DNA from: Octopus bimaculoides
Lineage: Eukaryota
Assembly: GCF_001194135.2 (NCBI RefSeq)
Contig: NC_069000.1
Location: 9,423,843-9,487,766 of the forward strand
Length of the DNA stretch: 63,924 nt
Reading direction: 5' to 3'
This document shows, in pieces, positions 36,634 to 49,600 of this stretch. The notes below the pieces were generated by a model. That model did no database searches, was not told the DNA's origin, and was given only the letters and a program-made list of their open reading frames with translations. The translations under genes and the position numbers were made by a program. Numbering within the stretch: position 1 is the first letter of the stretch; each line of letters begins with the position of its first letter.

Positions 36634-36752
36634 TATTATTCTGATGTCTTCATATTTGAACTTGCAACTTGGAGTTATGATTTAGTTTGACTGTATCAAG
36701 CTAAATCATAACTCCAAGTTGCAAGTTCAAATATGAAGACATCAGAATAATA
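36634..36752. repeat. Near-perfect inverted repeat (57-bp stem, 5-nt loop)
   Basis: 36634-36690 pairs with 36696-36752 with a single G:T position. Confidence 0.95.
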
Positions 36753-36950
36753 CCAGTATTTATTCAGTATACTAAAGATTAACTTTCAATTTTTATATTT
36801 CCAATTTTTTTAATAGATGTTTTGCATTTTCCATGTTAGCATAGATGAATCTACAAATCTAGAGTTTATACAAGGGGAGAATGAAAAATGGATGTAAACA
36901 AGGGGTGGAGATGGTTAGATGTATAAGAGGTGAATATAGTGAATGGTAAG

Positions 36951-37006
36951 TAGGAGTGAGGGTGATTGATAATAAATATAGGAGTGAGGGTGATTGATAG
37001 TAAATA
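36951..37006 (+). repeat. 28-bp tandem duplication
   Basis: TAGGAGTGAGGGTGATTGATA(A/G)TAAATA x2. Confidence 0.9.
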
Positions 37007-37264
37007 TAAGTGTATGGAGGCAATGATTAGAAAGATGGATGGATGTTAATTAGGAGTAGCTCAGAAGAGAGTGAGTAGTGAGCACCAGTACAGAAATGGT
37101 TTGTAGTAACAAATTCTAATTTCATTACTTACAACAGCAGAGTAATACAGTAAGTAGATAGGAGAATGATGGAGAAATGAACATGGTATTTTTAAATATA
37201 TGATACTACATAGTTTAATCTTTTTAATACCAACCCACTTGAGATCACTAGTTCTATGATGCAA

Positions 37265-37400
37265 ATTCCTGTTTTCAAGTAATGTAAATTACTTTCCAAC
37301 AAAATTTCATGTTAATCTATATTTCAAACACCAGCTTAATAACAACAAAGTTACTTTGATAAATTCTTTATTATCTTCAGAATAAACTGAAACAAAAACA
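37265..37400 (-). repeat. Internal fragment related to the 19376 element
   Basis: Reverse complement shares ATTAAGCTGGTG..GAAA.A.A.ATTAACATGAAATTT with about 19470-19548. Confidence 0.55.
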
Positions 37401-38579
37401 GTGTAATTCAAGAGAAATATGGCAACAAAAGTGTTAAAAAATTCTAATATTCATAAAAATTAGAATCCCTTTCTGTAATGTAATTTTCTTTAACAAAACA
37501 GAGAGAGAAAAATTGTCTTTACATACCTATATTTTAAAGTTGTGTGCTTAAATTTTTGAAGCACCTAATTTTTAAAAGCAATTTCTAGCTTTATATTTTT
37601 AAAAAAATTTCTAAATGATAAAATGATTTCTTTCACTTAATGTATGACAACCCTTTGGAGAAAAGAAAAAAGAAAAAAATTCACATCTATTTATCAAAGC
37701 AATATCTGAAAGTTATATTTTCTATCACAAAATACCAAATAATATAGCACATTCTCTCAAGACTTAAAAACTATCAGCTTTTAATCTCAGTTTTACTTTA
37801 TGACCTCAAATATTAAAGGTGTGTAACATATTTACTACCTTGCTATGATATTTAAAACAGATATTACTATCTCTGAGCCATAAAATATTGTTGTTGTTGC
37901 ATTCTATCATGAGCAGACATGTTGTCAAACCACTCCAAAAGAATTGGATTATAACCAAGTTTTATTAATTTAAAATCTTTTCTTTATATGCATTATTTTC
38001 CAAACAGAGGATTTTGGAACATATGTCTATCCTAATACCTAGGATAGACAAACGGTCTGTCTTTTGAATATTTTCTATTCTGAGAAAATTTTTCTTGTAT
38101 TTACGTTTTTGTTTTTTTGTTTTTTTCAGTAAAAAATAGCACTGAATATATTGCCTCCTTCCCCAATAATAAAACAATGTTTGAATACATGAAAAAAAAT
38201 TTTAAAAAAGGGAAAGCAGAATTCCAAACAAGATAAACAGGAAAGCTGACAATGAAGTAAACAGATACACTCGATAACAGAAGCAGCCAGAACTTGACAC
38301 CTGAAAATGTAAATTTACATGACATAAACAAAAATACCAACAACAACAATGCACCCTTGCACAATATTAATAAAAGTTCTAACAAAAATTCCATTGCTAG
38401 CTTTACAAACCAGAGGCTGAGTCCAGTCGAAGAAAGAGCTATGGCAGTAGCATGTCAAAAGACAATGTGCTTTCCTACCTAAAGAATTTTTCCCAAACAC
38501 AAGGAAAGAGGAAAGTAATACTTGCAAAAGTAGAGAGGGATTTGACAAAGGGGGAATTACTAATATCATTATTGTTGTT

Positions 38580-38795
38580 GAGGCATTAAGCAGGCAAAAC
38601 TGTTAACATGCTGGGTAAGGGCAAAATGCTTAGTGGTATTTCATATCTTTACAATCTGAGTTCAAATTCCACTAAGATCCACTTTACCTCTCATCCTTTC
38701 AGGGTCAATAAAATAAGTACCAGTTGAGCACTGGAGTCAATGTAATCAACTTATCCCCTCCCCTGAAATTTCTAACCTTGAGCCAAAATTTGAAA
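38580..38795 (+). mobile_element. SINE family A, near full length
   Basis: Head, core and tail present. ATTATTGTTGTTG flanks both sides as a probable TSD. Confidence 0.88.
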
Positions 38796-40639
38796 CTAAT
38801 ATTATTATTATTGTTGTTGCTGTTCTTTTTCACTGTGATTAGTTACATTTTCACAGAGATCTGTGTAGAAAATATTTTCTTCTACTGTTACCATTATGAA
38901 AAAGAAGTTCTTTCAGTTTTTTTTTTTTTTACTAAGAAATTACCTGGAGTAGAAGTAAGGCATGTCTTTGGTAAGTTTTTTAAGTATTACATGTTTTGAC
39001 ATTCACAAAATTTACATCTTGAAAGATGGCTAACTTAGAAGTGTCAGAGCAAGGTGCATGACAGCTCTACCATAAACAAACATATTCCCAAACTATTAAC
39101 CAAACCTACAGAAAACGTAGAGCCTTACATATGCAGGACATAAAAATAAACAGTTTTGGAAAGAAAAATAAATTTAATGAAAAAGAAAATGCTAAAAAAA
39201 AGACATGAATAATGACAGTAATACTCCATCATTTGTAAGGAAAATACTGAGGTACTCCACTCAAAGGAAAGTACCTTTCTATTTCAAAATATGAAGCAAG
39301 CTTCCTCATACACTCTAAGGAAGAGTTGGAGGTAATCCTGGCCAATATGTAGCAGAATATTTGTTCCAATGATTGAGGCAGGGTATATGGAAGTGAGTGT
39401 CAAGTTTTGAAGGCAAGGACAAAGCAAGGTTATGGCTGAAATTCAGTTAGACATTCAGGTCCTAATGGCCCCAGAAGATAAAGACCATCCCAAAGGTGTA
39501 CTCATTTAGGGTGCGGTGAGAAGGTCGATAAAACTAATGAAACAGAACAGAAGGCCACATTGTAGTAATTCCTTAATTTAATATTCAAATTTCTAATCTT
39601 GCCAAATATTATGAAGAAATTGTCCACTAGGAGGGCAACACAGATTTGAAAAACTCTGACTGTGAGTTTGAAACAATCCAATCAAATTGTTGAAGAACAT
39701 CAAGGTGTTATTTTTATAAAGATATGCTTCTTCCACTACATAGTGAGGAATTACTACTATGAAATAGCTTGAAACCAATATCTACATCTCAAAGAATATA
39801 TAAGAGATGGCTTGTGAATTTTGTGTGTAGTTAAAACTAAAATATTTACTATATGACACCTGTATAACACTAAGAATTTTCTTCCTCTTTTCTTTCAATT
39901 ACTAAACTACTAATTCTCTATGAAGAAAAAGAAAAACACACATTCCACAAATTTCTTGCAAAACATAATTATTTTCTATCTATAAGAAACATCGTATAAA
40001 ATGCTTAATTAATACATCGTAAATTATACCATGCTGACAATTTCTAAAAAGAATGAAATACATGGTTATCACTGACTACAAATTTTAAGAACTTCATAAT
40101 ATGTAAGAAAAAAAAAAAGAAAAATTGAATATGTGTATTCTGTGCATTTTTCTCTTACTACTTAATTTGAAATTCAGATCTCTAATCTATCCAAATATTA
40201 TGAAAAATTGATTATCTCCCTTGCAATAACTGCAAGGAAACAACACGTGTTTACAAATATCCACCAAGTGGATAGAATATAAATTTGCTTAGAAAAATCT
40301 AAAAGGTGAAATTCCTGTCATAGTAAAACAAAAAAGAAAAAAGACACCAAATCTCATTTATAATTTTTCTAAGGAACAAAAAATATGATAGCTTTTATTC
40401 AACAATGCACAATTATCTTTTATCAAGCAGTATTTTTTTTTTTCTAGTAGCATTGTTTTTAAACTAGACGTGGAAGCAACTCAAAGCTGACCGTTTGATA
40501 TTAATCATTTTGATGTTAACTAATCATTCATATCACTGGTAAAACAAGATAAAAAGAATTTAAAAAAAAACTTTGAAATAATGTTTGAAGAAAAGCTTTC
40601 CTGTTCTGTAAAGTGAATTTTGGATGGATTCTAACCATA

Positions 40640-40644
40640 TGATA

Positions 40645-40714
<70 letters not shown>
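40640..40714 (+). repeat. (TAA)n microsatellite
   Basis: Direct inspection. Confidence 0.97.
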
Positions 40715-40716
<2 letters not shown>

Positions 40717-41171
40717 CGAAAACTGTTGACAATGCATAGAATGCACCACCCTAAGGCAGATATAGAACAACTTCATCTGCCAAGAAAAGAGGGAGGCCAT
40801 GGACTTTTACAACTGGCGTTAACAATGAAGGTTGCCACAATTGGCCTAGACACCTACCTGAAAAACTCTGAGGACTGGATGTTAAAACTTGTCTCAAAAC
40901 ATGAAAACAAGAAAGCATCATACTCAGTAACAAAACAGGCAAAGGAATATGTAATTGAATTCCAAATACAACAAATTCCAGAATTAGCCATACTGGAAAC
41001 AAGCGCAGAAAAAGCTAAGCGCAGAAAAACCCGTGCTAAAACTGCTGCCTTAGATATTCTGACTGATAAATGGCAAGAAAAACCTCTCAATGGCAAATAC
41101 CCAAAGAGAGCGAATAATGCAGATGTTGACAAAGCCCTTACCCATCAATGGCTAATGGCTTCTGGCTTATG
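40715..41171 (+). mobile_element. R4/Dong-like non-LTR retrotransposon fragment (RT thumb region)
   Basis: Open frame KRKLLTMHRMHHPKADIEQLHLPRKEGGHGLLQL...KWQEKPLNGKY...THQWL matches the HPKAD.DRLY.PRKEGGRGL motif of RLE-clade elements. It abuts a (TAA)n tract at its 5' end. Confidence 0.82.
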
Positions 41172-41554
41172 AATGGTGCTGTCATCAATGATGGAATGTG
41201 GTCATCCAGGAATAGGAGCAGTTTCCACTGATGTCCAACCACATTTAAACTGGCAATGCTAGTGCTTGACTATGTCATATGATGGCACATTGTGACCATA
41301 AATTTCTTTCATCTCACCGGAAGTCTCTTTTGGTGTACAATCTTTCAAGTATAAGAACCTGATCACTGATCTGCATTCAACTGCCTCCTTTATAACAACT
41401 TAGTCCACTTCAGCAGCCGTAAAAGACAAACAATTACTAGTGGAAAGCTGCAATTTACAATGTGACATGTAGAGACATATATTATATCTGTACAAGTTCT
41501 GTTTCCTGCAATAACTAGAAGTGGGTTGGGAAATCTTTAATGAATACACGTCGT
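41172..41554 (-). mobile_element. mariner-type transposon 5' fragment (TIR plus HTH)
   Basis: Minus strand encodes EAVECRSVIRFLYLKDCTPKETSGEMKEIYGHNVPSYDIVK..QFKCGWTSVETAPIPG, a mariner N-terminal HTH. TIR-like CGACGTGTATTCATTAAAG near 41535-41553. Confidence 0.8.
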
Positions 41555-41994
41555 GCATAAGCTCCCTCTTTAGCTATTAAATTATATATGTTTGTTGGTG
41601 GTGAACATAGCTTCTAAATATTATCTGTATAACCAACATTTAATGATATCACATGTATCTTGGTTATATGATAGGTACACCATATCCTAGCATGTTATAA
41701 AAGGAGATTAAAAGAGTTGGAAATAGGAGGAGCATCTAGCCATAAAATACTGCTTCAGAAAACCTGCCCAACCCTGCCAGCAGGGAAAAACAGATATAAA
41801 AAGATGATAACAGTGGCAGTAGCAGACACTATGAAAATAGCAATGATGATGATGATGACCTACATTTCATAGATTCAAAGTATGTTGATAATAAAATACA
41901 TATTGCTAACATTTAAATGACCACCAAGAATATTGTTGATATTTACTTTCGTAAAGAGAAACAAATTAATTATTCTGATATATTGAATCAAGAT

Positions 41995-42612
41995 AAAACA
42001 AGCACTGTGAAGTTGGTGACATAGTTCTGCCATTTAATATTCATGCTCCATGAACTATAAACAACAACCAATCCTGGAGTGGCAACTAGATACTGCTTCA
42101 TTGTAAGGCATTTCAACTTCTCTATATTCCACTCTCAATGTTACTCAGCTCACTGAACGGCAGTGTGCAGGTAAGAATGCTTTACCAGCACATATACAAG
42201 GTGATGCCACATTTAGTTAACAACTTCAAAAATGCAATAAGACCACTTTGATCTGACAATAAACATTCAGAAAACCAGCTTGCACAACCTGCACCAAGAA
42301 GACTTTCATATTTCAATATCATATGAAGACCCTTGTAGAACAGGTAGAACATTTTCCCTTCCCTGGAAATCTCCTCTCAATCCAATACATCTTCCAGATG
42401 GATATGGAAAGTAGAATTCATGCTGGCCATGTTGCTTTCAGAAGATTATCTCAACACATCTTCAGAAACACAAGCTTACAACAAACCCAAACTTCAAACT
42501 TTGGGTATATCAAGCTGTCAACCATTTCAACCTTACACTACAGATTAAAAAGATGGATCCTGTATTGTCAAAGCATCAAGAAATTTAGGTGTTTTCAACA
42601 GCAGAAACTTTG
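41995..42612 (+). mobile_element. RTE-clade LINE reverse transcriptase fragment, decayed
   Basis: Degenerate GV..RY..FN, FDLTINIQKT, and LVEQVEHFPFPGNLLS...ESRIHAGHVAFRRL...WILY, resembling the RTE pattern V..F.YLGS.LS..RI..AFGRL. Confidence 0.72.
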
Positions 42613-42674
42613 ATCAATCACAGAAAAAGTACAGATGATGAAAAAGTCAATCCTAATATATTACTTGCATTTAT

Positions 42675-42780
42675 TACCAGAAAGATGAAAGGCAAAGTTA
42701 AACTCCAGTGGGATTTAAATTCATATTATAAAAAGATATAACTGAAAGTTGCAAGGCAGTCTCTAACATTTCTGCCAATA
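42675..42780 (-). mobile_element. SINE family A fragment
   Basis: GATGAAAGGCAAAGTTAAACTCCAGTGGGATTTAAATTCA. Confidence 0.65.
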
Positions 42781-43387
42781 GTGAATGAAAAAATTTTAAT
42801 AAATTATTATATAACGTCATTTCTTAAATACATGGATAAATATTTTTCATAAAAAATAGTATTAGTATTTACATCATCATCATTTTCCATCACAATTCCC
42901 ATCTTATATTGATTGAAAAATCTATAACATTACTCATTCGTTCAAAGTGTCTTTAACTCTATGAGATCATATATAATTATTCAAAAACAATCTTTTTGTA
43001 ACCCATCCCTATGTATCACGGAGCTGTATGTTTTGCTGATATCATCTATTACTGTTGTATAAACCAATCATGTTGCTTCTCTGGCATGAGACAACACCAT
43101 TCACATCCTTTTAACTTTTAACTTGAGCAATTTGTTCAAAGTAATTTTACAAACATTACAAAGCAATTTTATTTTTTAATTATTAGCAGTACCAATAGAA
43201 ATTCCATGGCCCATTTTGTGTGTCAGCCATGAGCATCTCCGGTTGGTAATAAATATCCTAGCATTTCTTTCATAATGTTTCAGCAAATTTCTTGTTGCTT
43301 ACTTAAAAAGTACTGCATTGATTTAGTAAATAAGTCTACTACAGTTTGATAATAATTGAAATAAATTCAAACTGTAATACTAATATG

Positions 43388-43592
43388 TAAGGCAAAATCA
43401 TTAGCATGCCGAGCAAAATGCTTAGCAGCATTTCATCTGTCTTTACATTCTGAGTTCAAATTCTGCTGAGGTCGACTTTGCCTTTTATCCTTTCAAGGTC
43501 AATGAAATAAGTACCAGTTGAGCACTAAGGTAGATGTAATTGACTTACTACCTCCCCTGAAATTGCTGGCCTTGTACCAAAATTTGAAATCA
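43388..43592 (+). mobile_element. SINE family A, near full length
   Basis: GCAAAATGCTTAGCAGCATTTCATCTGTCTTTACATTCTGAGTTCAAATT..GTACCAGTTGAGCACT..AAATTGCTGGCCTTGTACCAAAATTTGAAA. Confidence 0.9.
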
Positions 43593-44052
43593 ATATTTAT
43601 GACATTCTTTATTAACAAGGAAAAGGTTTCTATTTGACACTGTACCCTTTTAATACTTGTTATTTTTATGCACTATGGGTTAAAATATATAAATGATGAA
43701 ATACTTGAACATTAATTAGACAAGTTAAATGCATATAACTAAATTAGGGGCCAATTAAGAAAACCAAATCTACAATTACTAAGCAAAATATAAAAAAAAA
43801 AAACTGTTTGGATTTGATTTATTTTATCAAAATTTTACTTAAGATAACTATTTGGGTATTAAGTAGTCAACCTAGCTTTCGTTAATAAATCATATGATAA
43901 ACTACAGGTTACATGCAAACAGAAATCACCTACTAAGTCTATTGGTCTCTTTTGTTGAACCGCTATGTTACAGAGATGCAAATAAACTAACACTGGTTGT
44001 CAGCTGGTAGTAGTGGGGAATAAACACAAGACAAACACATATATACATAAAC

Positions 44053-44213
44053 AGTGGGCTTCCATATAGTTTCTATCGATCAAATTCATTCACAATGCAT
44101 CTCTCAGCCTTGAGCTATATAGTACAAGATATTTGCCCAAGGTGTGATAGAGTGGGACTGAACCCAAAACCATATGATTGCAAAATGAGCTTCTTAACCA
44201 CACAGCCATGCCT
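44053..44213 (-). mobile_element. SINE family B
   Basis: GTGGGACTGAACCC..GCTTCTTAACCACACAGCCATGCC. Confidence 0.82.
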
Positions 44214-46149
44214 AGTAACTACATATCTAGAGGAACATTTTCCGTTTGTTTTAATTTTTGTTTAATATTGGATGAAACATTTCTTATGGTTATGTAACAG
44301 AATGGAAGGGGATGAACATTAACCACAACCCTACTTACACATTTTCTAATTTATTCTGCTCTAATTTTGTGGCAAAATTAACATCTTCTTAGGGTTTTGA
44401 TCATTTCTATTCCAAGTTTATCTGAAGCTGTAGTTCATTTGCCATTTAATCACCTGGTAAAATTACATGATTACCCAAAATTAACCACCTGTTTTGTGAG
44501 ATTCCTGATATACATTGTCTATATATCAGCCAGTAAATTACAAAGTCAGTTTCATATATTATGATCAGTGATGCAATGTCTCTCGGCAAACATAATTCTC
44601 AATAAATATCATGAGAATGCACAATCCGCTTGTGTAAATAGTAAGGGAACTGTGGAAATGATGTCTTTCTTTAGTTTGAAGTGATTTCTTCCATGGAAGA
44701 GCAATAAGATTGGCATTCCTATTCAGAAAGGGAAATATATTTCAACAACTTTATGTGATGAGAGCTGGGATAATCTTCTACTAAGAGATGCCTTTTAGAA
44801 CAGGCATTGTATACGAGTCTCTGAAGTGAAAGGTTCTGCTCAAATTAGATCCAATCAACAGTCTCATCCCTCCATCACACCCATACCCATTCTTCTGTAT
44901 CAGTATCCCAGATATTTTCTATCCTAGTTATGTGTTGATCAAATTATAAGAATTGAATGAATGAATCATTCATTCTCACTACATATCCATAAAACCTCTT
45001 GCTTCTCTCTTGATGCTTTTCATTTCCAACTTAATTAACAATGAACAATATAATAATTTGCTTTTTATTCCCATTTTATTTAATTAAATAGCTTTTCATC
45101 TAGATTAATTTATCAATGAAAGGCATTGCTATATTCTGAAGAATGATGTTTCATAGCATTGTTTAACTACACAATAAAATCAAGATTGAATTTCAATGTA
45201 AGCAGACCATCATGTTTTTAATAGAAAGATGACAGTATCACAGTGAAGAACTTTTACAACAGCAGTCAGCAACATCAAGCAAACAGTCATCCCTGAACAA
45301 ATAAAAGCCTTATAATCAAGAAACAATGACTTTTTTTTCTTGAAATGTTTACACCCAGTTTAGAAAATGTTTGGGAGGCACAATCTTGTATGTTTTTTTT
45401 TTTTTCTCTTTCTCTCCCTCTTTCTTTCTTTTTACCTTTTTAGATTAACTATTTGCAAAAGCACAACTAAATGAAATACAATTTATCAAGGTTAGATTTT
45501 CTTTTCAGCATTTGTCAATATTTTACTAAAGTTCAACAGATATGAAGAACCTGATGCTATTAGTTCTATACGGTTTGCACACTCTCAGTGATTTAATTTC
45601 AAAAGCAAAAGCATAAACAATATTGTGCATGATATAATAATGGCTTATTCTCCCCACCCATCTCCCCCATTCACAAAATATATTGGATTTTCTTCATTCT
45701 TTCCAGTTGTTTAACAATGACTTCTGTATTTACTCCAGAAAAGGTCAGTATAGAGTGATTAGCAGAACACCCACCCATTACAATTCACACAGAACAATCA
45801 TACTGAAGCCTCTTTATTCATAGAACAAAATGTATACAAGGATTAAACAAATAATGTCATAATACCTCATTAGAAACTCATCTAATTGTTCGTGTTTTGA
45901 ATTCCTAATCAAATAGATTTGTATATTAATTTCTTTTGACTAGATACAAGCTAGACAATTCTCAAGAGAGAAGAAACAGTGTTGTGGTGTTATACCTTTC
46001 CCAAGGGTTTTAACAGTACAATTGGAGTGAAATATCTTCAGCCAGAAATCAAAGCAACAATCAAAGTCTTCATTGTTATTCTACATTATGGATTTATGTA
46101 TTATAAGCGTATTTGATAAATGCTTATACAGCAACTAGTGATCCACTAC

Positions 46150-46400
46150 AGCAACAAAGGCAATATATACAGTCCCAGCTTTTTCTCATAGATTCAGCAG
46201 TGGCATATGAGATCAATTCAGAAACCACACACAAGTGAGACACATGCTTTGGTGCAATATGATAATAATCAAGATGGTCATCGATACAGTTTTTAAAATG
46301 TTTCTTGGGCCATCCTACAAGAGAACTCCACAGAGCAACAAATACACTACATAATATTCGTCTCATGGTGACATCAAAGCTGTGATGGAAGAAATATCAC
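46150..46400 (-). mobile_element. RTE-like LINE 3' fragment
   Basis: LVGWPKKHFKNCIDDHL resembles VGRPKKRFKD. Confidence 0.45.
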
Positions 46401-47014
46401 ACCAATGCTCATAAGCCCAGGTCTATCAAATACCTCCATGCTATTCTATAGAAACCATAGGGAACATGTATGGAATAGCTCAAATTGGGAGGTGTATTTT
46501 CTGCACTGAGTTCATGTTTCACATTCACAGACTAGTCCAATAAACTGTTATAATCTTCAGAGTACTTCTCATTTTCTATATTGCTGCTGTTCAAGCTGCA
46601 TGTGTAAGCACTAATGAAAGGTAATGAATAGATGAGTCCTTATAAATCATTAATCAACTCTTGCATGAACACAAGGCTGATACTTAAGTAAGACTGTCCT
46701 AATACACAATCTAACTATGAGAATCCACTCTTCACTTTCTGCCATGTCTTTCTAGAAAAATGAGCGGTCAGCTTTTCCAGTAAATGATGTAGCATATATA
46801 TCATCATTGTTTCAGTATCCATGCATGCATGTGTCAGACTGCATTCACAGAAGCACATTTTCTGCAATCAGATTTTCACATGACCAGATAGGTTTTTATT
46901 GAAAATTGGAAACAAATTATGCCACTTGTATCATGGTGACACTTGTTTACAACTATCAAGCAATGTCAAGACAAGAGGGCACAAGCACACACACACACAC
47001 ACATATATTTAATG

Positions 47015-47098
47015 AACTTTTTCAGTTAACATCTACCAAATTCACTCACAAGGCTTTTGTCTGTATGAGGCTATAGTAGAAGACACTTGCCTAAGGTG
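47015..47098 (-). mobile_element. SINE family B fragment
   Basis: CACTCACAAGGCTTT..GGCTATAGTAGAAGACACTTGCCTAAGGTG. Confidence 0.75.
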
Positions 47099-48719
47099 TT
47101 TATTCATAGGTGCTTTGTACAAGGGGTTTGCTTTCAGTAACCATCTTCACAGTAGTGCGTAGTTAGCCTTCTTTCCCATACATGTGAAGTTCAATGACCT
47201 CTGGAGACAATGCATGTGGTAACACAGTGGGACAAAAGTCTGCTGTGACCTCCTGGCTTCGAAGTCTTGTTTGGTGCCTCACTACAAGTTTCCTGGCCAC
47301 ATAACCCAATGTTTCTGAGAAAATATTTCTAGGAAGCAACTAAAAGCATTTGTCAAGTATTGAAATACTGAATTATAATTCAAGATAAATTTTTTTAGCC
47401 ATTGACACTTATTGGTAAATTGACTAATGATGAAGATATTTTACAACAAAGAATCCTAATAACTGAACACAATTATTTTAAAGTTAAGAGAAGTAGATAT
47501 AACAATAGATTGTTTCTGAGATAAAAGACTTAAAAAAGACTGCTCTGATTCAAATTGAAAATTTTTCTTCTTTACTGTTACTCTTGATTCTTGTTACTAT
47601 TCAGTTAATTGATATGTTGATTAAAAGGTCATGTACCTGTCTATATAATATTAAGCTTCTGAATTTATAAAGAAATAAAAATTTATTTAATCATTAGAAA
47701 AAGATGCTCTCATTGATAAATGTCATATTTGTAGAAATAAAAAAAAGTTATTTTAGATCTTGTGACATTTAGTTTGATACAACAATTACATTGTTAAATC
47801 TCAGACTAGTAAGAAAATTGTAAAACTTTTGAAATGAAAGAGAATGTGGAACATACATATTTAGGACTTGATCACTGTTGCTACTAAGAACAAGGCTTTG
47901 CATATGTAAATAAATATTAACAATGACCAGTCTTAGAACCTAGCCTTTTAAGTTAACTACTTGAATATGGCTTTTAGTTAAAAGGTGAGATAGTGTGAGC
48001 AAATATTCCCCCCCCCCCCCGATACCTAGATTAGACAAGTCTCTTTTAAAATGTCATGAACTTGTCACTAAATACAATGAAATAGAGAAAGCTACAAGGA
48101 ATGGAAAGAGAGCTCATTACAACTCTAACTAAATCTTATATACTGACTTCTGAGAATATAAATAATTGCATTTGAAAGATTCACAAAGACAATGCATTAT
48201 AATAGGATACCAGATAATTGATAGAACTGTAGACAGAATTCTGTGATTGTGATTTGAGTTTCTTGCTTGAATAACAGAGCTTTAATAACTAGAGAAATGT
48301 TCTGGTTAGCTATACATGTAATTTTAGGTAATTTTAGTTTAGCATTCTTGGAATTTCACAACTAAGATAAATATCATAATATAATATACAATCTTAAAAC
48401 AACATTTTTCTTAATATATACATAACACCCTCTCCTTCAATTAGAGATAAAAGTTTGGAAATGTGGATTAAATTTATATTACTACATTTTTAAATGACTT
48501 ATGAATACAGGGGCAATAAATATTAACCATCAAAACTGAATTTTGTACTGAAGAAATTTATTTTTATTGATAAACTTCTTAAATATATTTGTTATTAAAA
48601 GTATGTATAAAGCAACTATAATTTGTTATTGTACTGCCAGTCACTGTGAAGACTGAAGTGCAATGCTTCCATAAGCTCATGGGCTATTACATGCATGAGA
48701 TATTTTCTCCCTTTAACCT

Positions 48720-48800
48720 TTAATTTATCAACCCCGAAAGGATGAAAGGCAAAGTCGACTTTGGCAGAATTTGAACTCAGAATGTAAAGACAGACGAAAA
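48720..48800 (-). mobile_element. SINE family A fragment
   Basis: GGATGAAAGGCAAAGTCGACTTTGGCAGAATTTGAACTCAGAATGTAAAGACAGACGAA. Confidence 0.8.
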
Positions 48801-49507
48801 GTCAATATATATTAAAATATGAATCAAACATTTGTTAAACATAACAAAAATGCTTGAAAGGGCAACTACATCTGAATAAAAAAAAAAGTAACTGAAGAAA
48901 GCTATTAAAAGGGTTAGAGTCTTACAATATTGTTGAGAAGAAATTTGTATGTTATTTTTAAAATGGAGAAGTTTTCATTAAATTAGTTTCAGTATACTAG
49001 TCTCAGCACTCCAGTTTTCTGAACAGAAAATATTTCTGGTCAAAGGCACTCTAAGAAGTTTAATCTAAACAATATCAAAATAACTACTTCAGAACATATA
49101 AAATTACAGAAATTTTCTAGTTAAAGTACATGTGATTTGGCATTAACATTCTTGGAATCTTGCTTCTAAGATGAAAAGCTGAGTATTTAATCTCCCAACA
49201 ACCTGCATTTTTTTTTTCTAATTTAGACCCTATTGAATTTAAAATGTAAAATTAAAAATTAAATTTTTTTTCAATGTAATATATATGTAATATGTGGAAG
49301 TAGATGTTAACACGCTTGCAATATATAATCATTAAAATGCCAAGAAACAGGATATTATAAATTATACTTTTTCTAATATCTCAAGCGGATAGATGACCTG
49401 CTATTCAGAAATCATATAGAAATGCATTGAAAATAGAAACCAGATACTGAAATAAGATCAAGTTATACAGAAGATAGAAAAGAGCACTATAATACACACC
49501 CACACAT

Positions 49508-49600
49508 ATGGTTGTGTGTGATTAAAACGTTTGCTTTGCAACCACATAGTTTTGAGTTCAGTCCCACTGTCAGGCACCTTCAGCGTCTTCTATTATAGAT
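49508..49600 (+). mobile_element. SINE family B head
   Basis: GCAACCACATAGTTTTGAGTTCAGTCCCACTG..GGCACCTT. Confidence 0.72.

Noticed and set aside
38101-38569. Hydrophobic membrane-protein-like ORFs
   Set aside because: Hydrophobicity follows from T-rich minus-strand composition; no motif and no consistent splice frame.
40528-40800. Poly-Tyr / poly-Ile ORF portions
   Set aside because: Translation of the (TAA)n microsatellite.
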